Origin: a virus
Lineage: Duplodnaviria > Caudoviricetes
DNA length: 64,000 nt
Strand: one strand, 5' to 3'
IMG/VR virus record: IMGVR_UViG_3300021124_000001
This document shows, piece after piece, positions 1 to 10,567 of the stretch; within the stretch, counting starts at the first letter, position 1, and every line of letters starts with the position of its first letter. The notes beneath the pieces were generated by a model that made no database searches, was not told the DNA's origin, and saw only the letters and a program-made list of their open reading frames with translations. The translations under genes were made by a program, and so were the position numbers.

Positions 1-3000
1 GACAGAGCGCAGTCTACAGCAAACATCAATAACAATGCGGTGTTTGTGGATTATGGAAATTACTTCATTGTAGATACTGCTAACGGCGTATTTGATATTA
101 GCACAGTACCACAAGTTGATTTCCACAGCGTTGGTCCAGATAACATTGTCACCACAAACAACACAACATATACTGCTACTCTAGCAGGAACTGGTTTCTT
201 AAGAAACCTATCCTATGTTTCCGGTTCAGGTTCTAATACGAAAACCTATGTTTACAATGCATACGTTTCAGATATCCAATATAACACATTGTCTGGAACT
301 GTTGCTTCAGGCACAGCAAACTCTTTTGCTATAACTGATACCACAGGTAAATTCTCCGCTGTGGCAAACGCTTATTACAACGTAACCGTTTCTGTTACAA
401 CTGGTGGTATTACTGATGTGAGAAACATTGTTAACTATGTTGGCTCAACAAAAACTGCATATGTTGATAATCTTTTTACAGTTACACCAACATCATCTTC
501 AACATTCACGTTGAATTTCCAACAATACGATGTTGAATCTATTGTCAAGACTGTTGGTTCTGGTACATACACACTAACAGCAAACACAGGTATCAATACA
601 GCGGCAGGTAAAGTCAACGGTTTAGCCACAGGTGATACCATTTTGAATAACCCAGGAACACCAGAGTTATTGTTCCAAGTTGGTTATCCATACGTTGCAC
701 AGTTATCGAACACAGGCTACTATTCACAAAGAGTATATCGTCAAAAGACATTCACAGGTAATACACTGACATTACAAGCTACATCCGGTAACAGTAGTAG
801 CCCATTACGTTTCGAAGGTGCTAGTACACTATCTGGTGCTTCTGCTGAACAATTGTTTATCGTTATCGACAATTCAACTGGTAGCATCCTTGATTTTACA
901 TCATCGGGTAATACAGTAACTATTTCTGGTGATAAGACAACAGCAACATTTGTTGTTGGTTCTGGTGTAGGTACAAACAAGAACGTAACAATTATTGCTG
1001 ATGTTCAAGTGAGTTCTGGTGATTCTTCTAACTATGTTTTGAAATCTAAAAACCTTATTACAGGTAATACAAGTTATGTGAGTTCATCTTTTGGCGGTTC
1101 AATAAACACCAACACAAAACAAGACTTGACTAAAGGCCAAGTTATCATCGCTAAAGCTGGTATATCCACAGGCAAGATGTCATTGTATGTCAATGACGTT
1201 AAGAGAATCACCAAAATCATTGACTCTGGTGTAGGAGGAACTGATCCAACAGGTTCATTGGCCAGCTACACCGATATTACAAACTACTTCACTGTAGATT
1301 CTGGTCAACGTGATTCATATTATGACCATGCGTGCATCACATTGCTTCCAGGTTCACCTTTACCAATAGGTAACATCTTGGTTGTGTTTGATTACTACTC
1401 TCACACTCAAGCATCTTCTGGTGATGGTTATTTCAGCGTTCAATCATACCAATCATCAGGCTCAACTTATGGTGGTGTATCAACTTCTCCTGAAGCATAT
1501 GCACAAATTCCATCTTATACAGCAAAAGATGGCACTTTGTATAAGTTGTCAGACTGTATTGATTTTAGACCTTGTCGTGCAAATGGCCAGACTGCATATG
1601 TTTGGGAATATTCAGGAACCCAGTCTGCAACTAACGACATTGGTGTATTGATTCCACAAAACTTATCAAACTTCACAAGTAATTATTATTACTATTTGGC
1701 ACGTAAAGACAAATTAGTGTTGACAAAAGATAAGAGCTTACAGATTGTACAGGGTACACCATCAGTTTCCCCAATTTTACCAGTCGAGCCATCAGGTTCA
1801 TTGGTGATTGCAAACTTGTCACACGATCCATATACCGCATATGTTCCAGGTGAAGGTGTTGGTGGTACACAATCAAACTTATCTGTTGACAGAATTATTC
1901 ATAAGCGTTGGGCCAAGTCTGATATTACAGACCTAGAGTCTAGAATCAACAATCTAGAATACTACACATCGTTGAGTATTTTGGAACAAAACGCACAATC
2001 GTTGCAAGTTCCAGATTCTAATGGTTTGAACCGTTTCAAAAATGGTATCTTGGTTGATGACTTCTCATCCTTTGCAACTGCTGACACAACAAATGCTGAT
2101 TACATGGCTAACATCAACGTTAGACAGAATCAGTTAACAGCAATGCAACATATTAATAATTTCCAGTTGCAAAATCCTGTAGTATTGGCTTCTTTGGGCA
2201 CGTTATCAAATACAAATGCATATGCAATCAATAGTATTAATGGTACACAAACTAACATTTATACTTTGCCATACACAACAGCAAATGCGGTGGTTCAACC
2301 TTTAGCAAGTAGTACAGTTTCTGTTAACCCATTCTCAGTTGTGGTTCAACAAGGTTCGTTGCAGATGAACCCACCGATGGACAATTGGGTAGATAACAAA
2401 CAAGCACCAGCGATTTTGGTTACTGATCCATCAATGCAAGTTTACCAAGCAACTGGTGGTTCTACTTTGGTTAACTCTGGTGATTGGCAGACACTTCCAG
2501 GAACAGCGACTTCTACAATAACAACACAGAATGTTATTGGTCACAATATCAACCCAAGCCCTTATGGTTATGTTGGTTATACAGCAACAACAACACAGAC
2601 ATATTCTAGCCAATTACAAAATGCAACTTCAAGTGCATACAATCCAACATCATCAACATTTGGAACAAACAATGGTTATCTAACCAACATTGCAGTTCTT
2701 CCATATATTCGCCCACAACAAATTATTGTTCGTGCTGGTGGTTTGTTGGTTAACGCCAACGTGTCAACATACTTTGATGGTAAAGATGTATCTCAGTACA
2801 TGACTTCACCAAACACCATTGAATTGACTGGTGTATCAGGTGTGTTTAACCAAGATGATGTGGTTGGTTTCTATATCTCAAACACATTCTATCCTGTTGC
2901 TCGTGTTATTCAGGTATACAACTATCCAAACGGAACACAAACTCGTTTGTACGTTGCTGATATTGTTGGTGCACCAAATTCTATTGGCACAACAACATTG

Positions 3001-3783
3001 CAAAATGCAGTCTTTAACAGCAGTGGCACATACACAGGAACAACCGCATCCGGAACAGTTTCGACATCCTCTCTGACTTCTGTACACCAAAGTGGTTCCA
3101 TCAGCGGTGTTGGTGGTGGTTACGCAAACACACTGAACTCAAATACAATTACACAGTTCTATGGTACACCAATTGTTCAAGGATATTCAACATTCTTAAA
3201 TAACTATGGTATTTGGGGTGATGCGAACAATAGCACATCATACAATGCAACAATTCCTGTTACATTTACTTCCGCAGGAACATACACAATTACTGTTGGT
3301 GCATCAGGTTCTGCAACTTTCTATGCAAACGGTTCAAGTATTGGTACTTCATTGTCCAATACTCCAGCATCAACAACCACACTTACATATTCAGCACCAG
3401 CCGCTACTGTAAATTTCGGTTGGGCCGCCACAAGTTCTGGTTCAACATCATCAGCTCTCGGTTGGACAATTTCTGATTCTTCAGGAAACATTGTGTTTAC
3501 GTCAGTTAATCCTCCAGTTAATTACACAAATGCAGGAAGTGAAGTTTTGATGCCGTATGGTGGTGCATATTTTACTGGTGCGACTCAACTTAGACTTGAC
3601 GCATCAACGGCATCAAATGTTTCCAATTTCTATGTTGGTTCAAAAATAACTGTTACATCAAAATTGGTTGCCAATTCTACTGTATCCGCCACTTATGTTC
3701 CACCTGCTCCAACACCTACACCAGGTCCTGGTTCTGTTGATGTGGATTGGTGGCAGCCATGGACAGATACTGGCGGCGCTTAA
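1..3783 (+). CDS. Large virion structural protein, DUF4815/VrlC-like, N-terminal part; 5' end lies before the window
   Basis: Frame open from base 1. Motifs DSGQRDSYYDH, LSDCIDFRP, RINNLEYYTSLSILEQ and NRFKNGILVDDFS are typical of the giant structural protein of aquatic T4-like phages. Confidence 0.8.
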   Translation, partial: DRAQSTANINNNAVFVDYGNYFIVDTANGVFDISTVPQVDFHSVGPDNIVTTNNTTYTATLAGTGFLRNLSYVSGSGSNTKTYVYNAYVSDIQYNTLSGTVASGTANSFAITDTTGKFSAVANAYYNVTVSVTTGGITDVRNIVNYVGSTKTAYVDNLFTVTPTSSSTFTLNFQQYDVESIVKTVGSGTYTLTANTGINTAAGKVNGLATGDTILNNPGTPELLFQVGYPYVAQLSNTGYYSQRVYRQKTFTGNTLTLQATSGNSSSPLRFEGASTLSGASAEQLFIVIDNSTGSILDFTSSGNTVTISGDKTTATFVVGSGVGTNKNVTIIADVQVSSGDSSNYVLKSKNLITGNTSYVSSSFGGSINTNTKQDLTKGQVIIAKAGISTGKMSLYVNDVKRITKIIDSGVGGTDPTGSLASYTDITNYFTVDSGQRDSYYDHACITLLPGSPLPIGNILVVFDYYSHTQASSGDGYFSVQSYQSSGSTYGGVSTSPEAYAQIPSYTAKDGTLYKLSDCIDFRPCRANGQTAYVWEYSGTQSATNDIGVLIPQNLSNFTSNYYYYLARKDKLVLTKDKSLQIVQGTPSVSPILPVEPSGSLVIANLSHDPYTAYVPGEGVGGTQSNLSVDRIIHKRWAKSDITDLESRINNLEYYTSLSILEQNAQSLQVPDSNGLNRFKNGILVDDFSSFATADTTNADYMANINVRQNQLTAMQHINNFQLQNPVVLASLGTLSNTNAYAINSINGTQTNIYTLPYTTANAVVQPLASSTVSVNPFSVVVQQGSLQMNPPMDNWVDNKQAPAILVTDPSMQVYQATGGSTLVNSGDWQTLPGTATSTITTQNVIGHNINPSPYGYVGYTATTTQTYSSQLQNATSSAYNPTSSTFGTNNGYLTNIAVLPYIRPQQIIVRAGGLLVNANVSTYFDGKDVSQYMTSPNTIELTGVSGVFNQDDVVGFYISNTFYPVARVIQVYNYPNGTQTRLYVADIVGAPNSIGTTTLQNAVFNSSGTYTGTTASGTVSTSSLTSVHQSGSISGVGGGYANTLNSNTITQFYGTPIVQGYSTFLNNYGIWGDANNSTSYNATIPVTFTSAGTYTITVGASGSATFYANGSSIGTSLSNTPASTTTLTYSAPAATVNFGWAATSSGSTSSALGWTISDSSGNIVFTSVNPPVNYTNAGSEVLMPYGGAYFTGATQLRLDASTASNVSNFYVGSKITVTSKLVANSTVSATYVPPAPTPTPGPGSVDVDWWQPWTDTGGA

Positions 3784-3810
3784 TAAATAGTTAAAATTAT
3801 TGGAAAATAA

Positions 3811-5967
3811 ATGTCAACAATCACAAAAGTAGCCACATATACATACACAGCAAACGTAACCGCTTATGATCCTGTAACAAAACTTGTTACATTGGATGCT
3901 CCAGTAAATTTGTCTTTGGGGACAAACTCGTTTGTTGGTGGTGACATTAGTTCAACTTATACAATCAGCGGAACTTTAACTAAACTGGACAGCGCAGTTC
4001 AATCTGGCCAGAAACTTTCGAGACCAACTACGGATGAAGGTGGTAACTATGTTGCCATCTTTAATGTGCCATCAACCACATTCCAAACTGGTTCTAGAGT
4101 GTTTCGTATTGACAATAGAACAGTACCAACTGATCCTACAACTGCAACAACTTTTGCTGAAGGTACATTCACTGCATCTGGCTTATCCACAACTTCACAG
4201 AAGTTGGACTTTTCTCCATCCGTTGATTCTGCCGCTCAGAATTTTACACAAGTAAATCAACAGTCTTATTCAAGTACAGTCGTAACAAAGTCTCCTTGGG
4301 ACCCCGTTGCACAAACATTTATTGTTTCTAAAGATAATTATCCTAATGGTCTGTTCTTAAATTCTGTTAAGTTATTTTTCCAAAGCAAACCTACAACAAA
4401 CGCAACAGTAACAGTCTCTATTATTCCAACGGTGAATGGTTATCCAGGCGGAACAGCATTGAATTATTCGACTGTGACTTTATTGCCAAGTCAGGTTAAT
4501 GCAAACACTACACCACATTATTTGGATTCAAACACATACACAGAATTTCAATTTGAAGCACCTGTTTATGTACAATCTGGTGTTCTATATGCTCTTGTTA
4601 TAAAGTCTAGTTCACCAGATTACAATCTATATTTGGCTCAACAAAACCAAATTGCAATTCCTTCTTCAGCAAAAGCACTACCGACAGATCCAAACCCATC
4701 AACACCAACAAAAATTGGTACTGCACCATATGTTGGTTCATTGTTCGAATCACAAAACGGTATCACTTGGACAGCAGACCAGACTAAAGACCTGATGTTT
4801 GTTATTGATCGTTGTGTATTTACAACAGGTACTGCAAAAGTTCCATTTGTTGTTCCTAATAATTTACCGTTCAGAAAACTTGGAACACAAGATATTCTTT
4901 TCAAACAAGATGCAAATAGTGTATCACAAGTGACCGGTAACTTTGGTAGAAATGCTAGAGTTGATGCGTTGAACGTAACGACAACAGACTTTTCTCCTGC
5001 CGGAACACAAATCAACTACACATACAAAGCAACATTATTGAATGGTTATAATCCAACAACAGAGACTGCTATAACTCCAGGTAGATTAGGAAGCCCAACA
5101 CCAGATCACGTTTACCTAAGTGATGGACAAGGAGAACGTGCACTATTGAAAGCATCTAGCAATTCGTTTGCTTTGTATGCTACGATGTCTACAAGTGATC
5201 CTAATGTATCTCCAATCATTTCGGATGATGGTGTTTCGTTGTATTCAATCCGCTACCAAATTAATAACATGGGGATTAGCAACAACACCATCTCTCTAAT
5301 CAGTGGTGGCCTTAGTTATCCTAGCTTAAGTTCTTCAAACGTCACTGTTTCCGCACCTGATGTTGGTACAAATACTGCAACGTTGGGTATAACAGCAAAC
5401 GGCTCTGGAGCTATTACTTCCGTATACGTTACAAATCCAGGTTCTGGTTATTTGACTACACCAACCGTAACTGTTACAGGCTCAAATGGTGCTCAGGCTA
5501 TTATTACTGTTACTGGTGAAACGTCACCAAGAGGCGGTAACGCAGTAGCAAAATATTTCACTAAGAAAGTTGTTCTATCTCCAGGTAATGATTCTGGTGA
5601 TTTGCGTGTATTCTTTACTGCATATCGACCATTAGGAACAAACGTTTACGTCTACTATAAGATTCTTTCTGCACAAGATACACAACCATTTGAGTATGGT
5701 AACTGGCAGTTGATGACCACTTTAAATGGCGGACTAAATAATTATTCGACCTCTAGAACAAATCTTTTAGAATATGAATGTGCGCCTGGTGTATACACAA
5801 GCGGAGTAGCAAATAACAATATTAGTTATTTGAGTACAAACGGACAAACATATACTTCTTTCATTCAATTTGCCATTAAAGTTGTGTTGGCTACAAACGA
5901 TAACACGACTGTTCCTTTCTTGACTGATATTCGTGCGTTGGCTCTACCACCAGGAACAGGAATCTAA
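3811..5967 (+). CDS. C-terminal part of the DUF4815/VrlC-like structural protein, encoded as a separate ORF
   Basis: WDPVAQTF, GSLFESQNGITWTADQTKDLMF and FAIKVVL...VPFLTDIRALAL are the usual C-terminal motifs of this family; preceded by AATAAATA. Confidence 0.8.
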   Translation: MSTITKVATYTYTANVTAYDPVTKLVTLDAPVNLSLGTNSFVGGDISSTYTISGTLTKLDSAVQSGQKLSRPTTDEGGNYVAIFNVPSTTFQTGSRVFRIDNRTVPTDPTTATTFAEGTFTASGLSTTSQKLDFSPSVDSAAQNFTQVNQQSYSSTVVTKSPWDPVAQTFIVSKDNYPNGLFLNSVKLFFQSKPTTNATVTVSIIPTVNGYPGGTALNYSTVTLLPSQVNANTTPHYLDSNTYTEFQFEAPVYVQSGVLYALVIKSSSPDYNLYLAQQNQIAIPSSAKALPTDPNPSTPTKIGTAPYVGSLFESQNGITWTADQTKDLMFVIDRCVFTTGTAKVPFVVPNNLPFRKLGTQDILFKQDANSVSQVTGNFGRNARVDALNVTTTDFSPAGTQINYTYKATLLNGYNPTTETAITPGRLGSPTPDHVYLSDGQGERALLKASSNSFALYATMSTSDPNVSPIISDDGVSLYSIRYQINNMGISNNTISLISGGLSYPSLSSSNVTVSAPDVGTNTATLGITANGSGAITSVYVTNPGSGYLTTPTVTVTGSNGAQAIITVTGETSPRGGNAVAKYFTKKVVLSPGNDSGDLRVFFTAYRPLGTNVYVYYKILSAQDTQPFEYGNWQLMTTLNGGLNNYSTSRTNLLEYECAPGVYTSGVANNNISYLSTNGQTYTSFIQFAIKVVLATNDNTTVPFLTDIRALALPPGTGI

Positions 5968-5968
5968 T

Positions 5969-6190
5969 ATGTCTTTGGTTAGAGTTACTGGCACAAATTA
6001 TGTACGAGATGTCCAAACTATGGCTATTATGCCTGTGGACAATACTGAAAAAAATGAATATTATGCTAAACTTCGTGTGATTAAAGGCCAAAAAGAAGAA
6101 ATAAATAAGATAAGGTCGGAAATCGATGGCATTAAATCGGATGTCAGTGAGATAAAAGTTCTACTGAAACAACTTATAGGTAAAGAATAA
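5969..6190 (+). CDS. Small conserved phage coiled-coil protein
   Basis: ATG at 5969 just after the upstream stop; [14 protein letters not shown]...EIKVLLKQL. Confidence 0.6.
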   Translation: MSLVRVTGTNYVRDVQTMAIMPVDNTEKNEYYAKLRVIKGQKEEINKIRSEIDGIKSDVSEIKVLLKQLIGKE

Positions 6191-9100
6191 TGGCAAATAC
6201 AGTTCCAATTTTAGGTTATGCTAACACCTTTGGTGACTGGGTTGTTGCGACAAACGCAGGATCCAATGAAATCAATAGCATTGGTAAAACTAACTGGACA
6301 AAAGATTCAGGTCAACTTATTTTGAATGGTGGTCCAACAAGTTTACAAGTTGGTAACAACGCTATTATTCAGGGTCAATTACAAGTTACTGGTACAAGTT
6401 CTTCTGCATCCATTGATAATAACTTGACAGTTGGTGGCCAAGTATATCTAACAAACACAACACAAAGTTTGGCGGCATCTGGCGTGATGTTTGCTAACGG
6501 TAAATTGTATGCTACAAATACCGGCATCAGTTTACAAGTATCCAACAACACAGTTATGGGTGGCTACTTAAGTGTTGCTGGTAATGTAAACGTTACAAAC
6601 ACCGTTACCGTGACAGGTTACGCAAACCTACAAAGCAATCTGTCTGTTTATGGCCCAACAGTTCTATCAAACACACTCACAGTAACAAAAGATTCTACAT
6701 TACAAGGTAACGTAGCAATTTCTCTTGATACAACGGTCACAGGTAATATTGTTGCACAAAACACGGTAAACGTATACGGTAAAACCACTGTAAACTATCT
6801 ACAATCTAATACAGCAATTAACACAGCATCTTTGAGTGTTGTTGCTAACACTTATTCAGGCAATTTGATTGCAAACAGCGCAGTTACCTCAGCAAGTTTA
6901 GCAGTTTCAGGTAAATCTGTATTGACAGGACAAGCTAACACTGGTGCAGACTTAGGTGTTGGTGGTAATATTTACGTAACAGGTAACGAAGTCATTACTG
7001 GCACAACCACGATGACAGGTAAAGCCAACACAGTAGCAGACATAGGTATTGGTGGTAATGCTTATGTTTCAGGTAAAACAACATTAACAGGTCAAGCCAA
7101 CACTGGTGCAGACTTGGGTGTTGCTGGTAATGCTTATGTTTCAGGTAAAACAACATTAACAGGTCAAGCCAATACAACCAACGATTTGGGTATTGGAGGT
7201 AATGCTTATGTGACAGGTTCAGGAAACTTTAACAACTCAATCACAGTCAACACTGGTGCTACTATTGGTGGTATAAACATTACACCTTATGCAGTTGCAT
7301 CATATGCATCACAAAACATTACTGCTGGTTTTGCAAATGCGGCTTATACCGCTCAAAATACAACAGCAATTTTTGCCAATTCGGCATATACAACAGCTAA
7401 TGCATCATATGCATCACAAAACATTACTGCTGGTTTTGCAAATGCATCGTTTGTTGTGGCCAATAGCGCATCATCTAACACAGTGACAACTCAAGGTGTT
7501 GATGCAACTCAAAACACCAACATTTCTTCTGCACAATCTTTTGCAAATAGTGCTTTCATTTTAGCAAATAATATTGTAACTGGTTCACAAACAATCTCTG
7601 CAATCACTGTTTCTGGTACAACAACATTAAATGGTCAAGCAAACACTAAAGATATTGGTGTTGCAGGAAACATATACATGACAACATCAGGAACATTGAA
7701 TGTTCCTTATTACCTAAACATGCAGAATAGCACATCAAGTGCAAACATTTATAACCTATCAGTTGGTTCTGGTGGCTTAAGTGTTTTAGGTAATTTCACG
7801 ATCAACGGCACTACAATCTATAACACACCAACATTCACACTGAGTGCTGGTACACCTTTAGTTTCAGGTCAAACCGCTCAGTTTGGTGCATTTAGAACAC
7901 TAAACAACCTTGCAAGTGGCACAGCGGCAAACTCCTATATTCGTTGGAATGAAACCAATGGTCGTTGGGATGCAACAGCAAACTCTTATGTTGGTAACTA
8001 TTATAATCTGTTATGGTCAAATGACTTATCCGATTCTGTAACAACAACAAGTAGTACAACAGTTGCTTCTGCAACAGCAGTTAAGACAGCAAACGCATTA
8101 GCACAAGCATCTTATAACGCACAGAACACAACTGCTATATTTGCAAATGCTGTATACACATTAGCAAACACACATACTAGCAATATTACAACAATCCAAG
8201 GTGTTGATAATACACAGAACACAGCAATAACTGCGGCACAAACATTAGCGCAAGCATCCTATAACGCACAGAATACCACAGCAACATTTGCCAATGCGGC
8301 GTTCACACAAGCAAATGCATGGAATACATTCTATACAACTGGTGGAACAATTTCTGGTGACGTTGGCATAACAGGAAACTTATTTGTTAATGGAACATCA
8401 TCTTACATCAACGTATCAACATATCAAACTGTAGATTCATTGATTGAATTGGCCGCAAATAACCTGTCTGATTCTGTTGACATTGGTTTCTATGGACAAT
8501 ATGTAAGCTCAGGAACAAAATATTCCGGTCTTGCAAGAAAATCTGCTGGTAATTATTATTTGTTCCAGGGCTTGTCAAGCAATCCAACAAGTAATAGCAT
8601 TGGAACAATTGCACCAGCAAACTACGCAACATTGTCAGCAAACATTGCGGCCGGTTCTATTACCGCATCGCAAGCAATTGGTATTGCATCTGGTGGTACA
8701 AACAGTTCCACATTTACAAATAACACTATAACCTATTACAACGGTACTTCGATTGCTTCATTGACGAACCCCTCTGTGACAACCGGTTGGGTTGGTGGTC
8801 CATTATCGATTCCACAAATTAATATTGACTCCTTTGGTCGTGTCATTGGTGTTCAAGCATACGCTGGTCCTGGTGGTGCACAAGGTCCACAAGGCGCTCA
8901 AGGTGTTCAAGGAGCGGCAGGCGTTCAAGGCGCAACAGGTTTCCAAGGATCTCAAGGTGTTCAAGGTGCCGTTGGTTCACAAGGTGCTACTGGTGCACAA
9001 GGAGCAACCGGATTCCAAGGTGCTACAGGACCACAAGGTCTTCAAGGTACTCAAGGTGCAACTGGACCACAAGGTCTTCAAGGTACTCAAGGTGCAACTG

Positions 9101-9891
9101 GGCCACAAGGCGTACAAGGAGCGGCAGGAGTTCAAGGTGCAACAGGCTTCCAAGGTGCTACAGGACCACAAGGTCTTCAAGGTACTCAAGGTGCAACTGG
9201 ACCACAAGGTGTTCAAGGTGCCGTTGGTTCACAAGGTGCTACTGGACCACAAGGTCCACAGGGCTTTACATCAGGAGCATACTCTTATGTGACAGCTTTA
9301 GGTGTTGGTGTACAAGGTGCTCAAGCATCTGGTACATTAACTACAAATGGTCCTTTAGTTGCAAACGGTGCTTTGTATTTGGGCACACAAGGGTATTCAA
9401 ATCAGGCACCAAACACTGGAGTGTTGTTCTTGTATGGCCCTGCGGCCGGAACCACAACAATCCAGCCAGCATCAGTTGCTGCCGGAACAATAATATCTTC
9501 TTCATACAATAATTTTGTTTTGAATTATGGAACACAAGCCTTTGCATCTTTCAATACAGGAGGTGCTACGTTCCTTGGTGATGTTACTGCATTTGGATCA
9601 CCTTCTGATATTAACTTAAAAGAAAATATTAAAAGAATTCCAAATGCACTCGATATGATTGAACAGTTGAATGGTTATACATTTAACTACAAGAAAAAAC
9701 CAGATGTTAAAATGATTGGTGTTATTGCTCAAGAACTTGAAAAAGTTGCACCAGAACTTGTCTACGAGTTTAAAGATTTAGAAACTGGAGAAGTTAGCAA
9801 GGCAGTTCGTTATGAACAAATTTCAGCTATCTTGATTGAAGCAGTTAAAGAGTTGAAGTTGGAGATTGATGAACTTAAGAAAGGTCAATAA
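6190..9891 (+). CDS. Tail fibre with collagen segment and C-terminal peptidase S74 intramolecular chaperone
   Basis: Beta-rich repeats, AFxxAN heptads, G-X-Q collagen (about 8875-9270), SDINLKENI...GVIAQE...[15 protein letters not shown]. Confidence 0.85.
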   Translation: MANTVPILGYANTFGDWVVATNAGSNEINSIGKTNWTKDSGQLILNGGPTSLQVGNNAIIQGQLQVTGTSSSASIDNNLTVGGQVYLTNTTQSLAASGVMFANGKLYATNTGISLQVSNNTVMGGYLSVAGNVNVTNTVTVTGYANLQSNLSVYGPTVLSNTLTVTKDSTLQGNVAISLDTTVTGNIVAQNTVNVYGKTTVNYLQSNTAINTASLSVVANTYSGNLIANSAVTSASLAVSGKSVLTGQANTGADLGVGGNIYVTGNEVITGTTTMTGKANTVADIGIGGNAYVSGKTTLTGQANTGADLGVAGNAYVSGKTTLTGQANTTNDLGIGGNAYVTGSGNFNNSITVNTGATIGGINITPYAVASYASQNITAGFANAAYTAQNTTAIFANSAYTTANASYASQNITAGFANASFVVANSASSNTVTTQGVDATQNTNISSAQSFANSAFILANNIVTGSQTISAITVSGTTTLNGQANTKDIGVAGNIYMTTSGTLNVPYYLNMQNSTSSANIYNLSVGSGGLSVLGNFTINGTTIYNTPTFTLSAGTPLVSGQTAQFGAFRTLNNLASGTAANSYIRWNETNGRWDATANSYVGNYYNLLWSNDLSDSVTTTSSTTVASATAVKTANALAQASYNAQNTTAIFANAVYTLANTHTSNITTIQGVDNTQNTAITAAQTLAQASYNAQNTTATFANAAFTQANAWNTFYTTGGTISGDVGITGNLFVNGTSSYINVSTYQTVDSLIELAANNLSDSVDIGFYGQYVSSGTKYSGLARKSAGNYYLFQGLSSNPTSNSIGTIAPANYATLSANIAAGSITASQAIGIASGGTNSSTFTNNTITYYNGTSIASLTNPSVTTGWVGGPLSIPQINIDSFGRVIGVQAYAGPGGAQGPQGAQGVQGAAGVQGATGFQGSQGVQGAVGSQGATGAQGATGFQGATGPQGLQGTQGATGPQGLQGTQGATGPQGVQGAAGVQGATGFQGATGPQGLQGTQGATGPQGVQGAVGSQGATGPQGPQGFTSGAYSYVTALGVGVQGAQASGTLTTNGPLVANGALYLGTQGYSNQAPNTGVLFLYGPAAGTTTIQPASVAAGTIISSSYNNFVLNYGTQAFASFNTGGATFLGDVTAFGSPSDINLKENIKRIPNALDMIEQLNGYTFNYKKKPDVKMIGVIAQELEKVAPELVYEFKDLETGEVSKAVRYEQISAILIEAVKELKLEIDELKKGQ

Positions 9892-10238
9892 TGGCTGCTT
9901 ATCAAGACATCTACATGGATAAGGGTACGGATTTCACCGAACAGTTAACTTTGACTGATGATTATGGAAATTCGTATAACCTTGCAAACTTTTCAGTTTC
10001 CTCACAGGCTAGGATTTCCTATATCACTTCAAACGTGGCAATATTATTTACATCCACAATCACCGATTCAGCCAATGGTGTAGTGACACTATCAGCCAAC
10101 TCGGCGGTTACATCCAACGTTGTTCCAAACAGTGTTGGCAAGCTAGTATATGATGTGGTTGTTTCAGATAACATACACAACAAAAAAACTCGGGTGCTTG
10201 AAGGACAAATTTACGTTTCACCAAATACAACCAGATAA
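9891..10238 (+). CDS. Small virion/fibre adaptor protein
   Basis: DKGTDF...YDVVV...RVLEGQIYVSP pattern common in T4-like fibre regions. Confidence 0.55.
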   Translation: MAAYQDIYMDKGTDFTEQLTLTDDYGNSYNLANFSVSSQARISYITSNVAILFTSTITDSANGVVTLSANSAVTSNVVPNSVGKLVYDVVVSDNIHNKKTRVLEGQIYVSPNTTR

Positions 10239-10246
10239 GGTGAAAA

Positions 10247-10534
10247 ATGGCAATAAACGTAAAAGTTTCAAGTGGACCAAAAATAAGTGCGTTAATACCG
10301 ACCGTAACTCAACAAAGAGTTGCGGCGGCCACTGTTTTCCAAGGTGCATCTAATTCGGATGCGGCAGCCCAAGCAGCTTTTACTCAGGCAAATTCAGCGT
10401 ATATGCAGGCAAATTCAGCATATGCTCACGCAAACACTTCAATACAAATAACTGGTGGTGAAATAACAGGAAATTTAACAGTGGATGGTCAAATTTATGG
10501 TAATGTGGCAGTGATTGATGCAGGCACATTTTAA
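10247..10534 (+). CDS. Small fibre-associated protein
   Basis: AFTQANSAY heptads; ends IDAGTF. Confidence 0.5.
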   Translation: MAINVKVSSGPKISALIPTVTQQRVAAATVFQGASNSDAAAQAAFTQANSAYMQANSAYAHANTSIQITGGEITGNLTVDGQIYGNVAVIDAGTF

Positions 10535-10567
10535 TAAATAGAAGTATAATAATAAGAGGACATCTAA

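Noticed and set aside
3781-3813. Stop-codon recoding explaining the split structural gene
   Set aside because: Several in-frame stops plus a promoter-like motif separate the ORFs; TAA, TGA and TAG all terminate genes normally here and no suppressor tRNA was seen.
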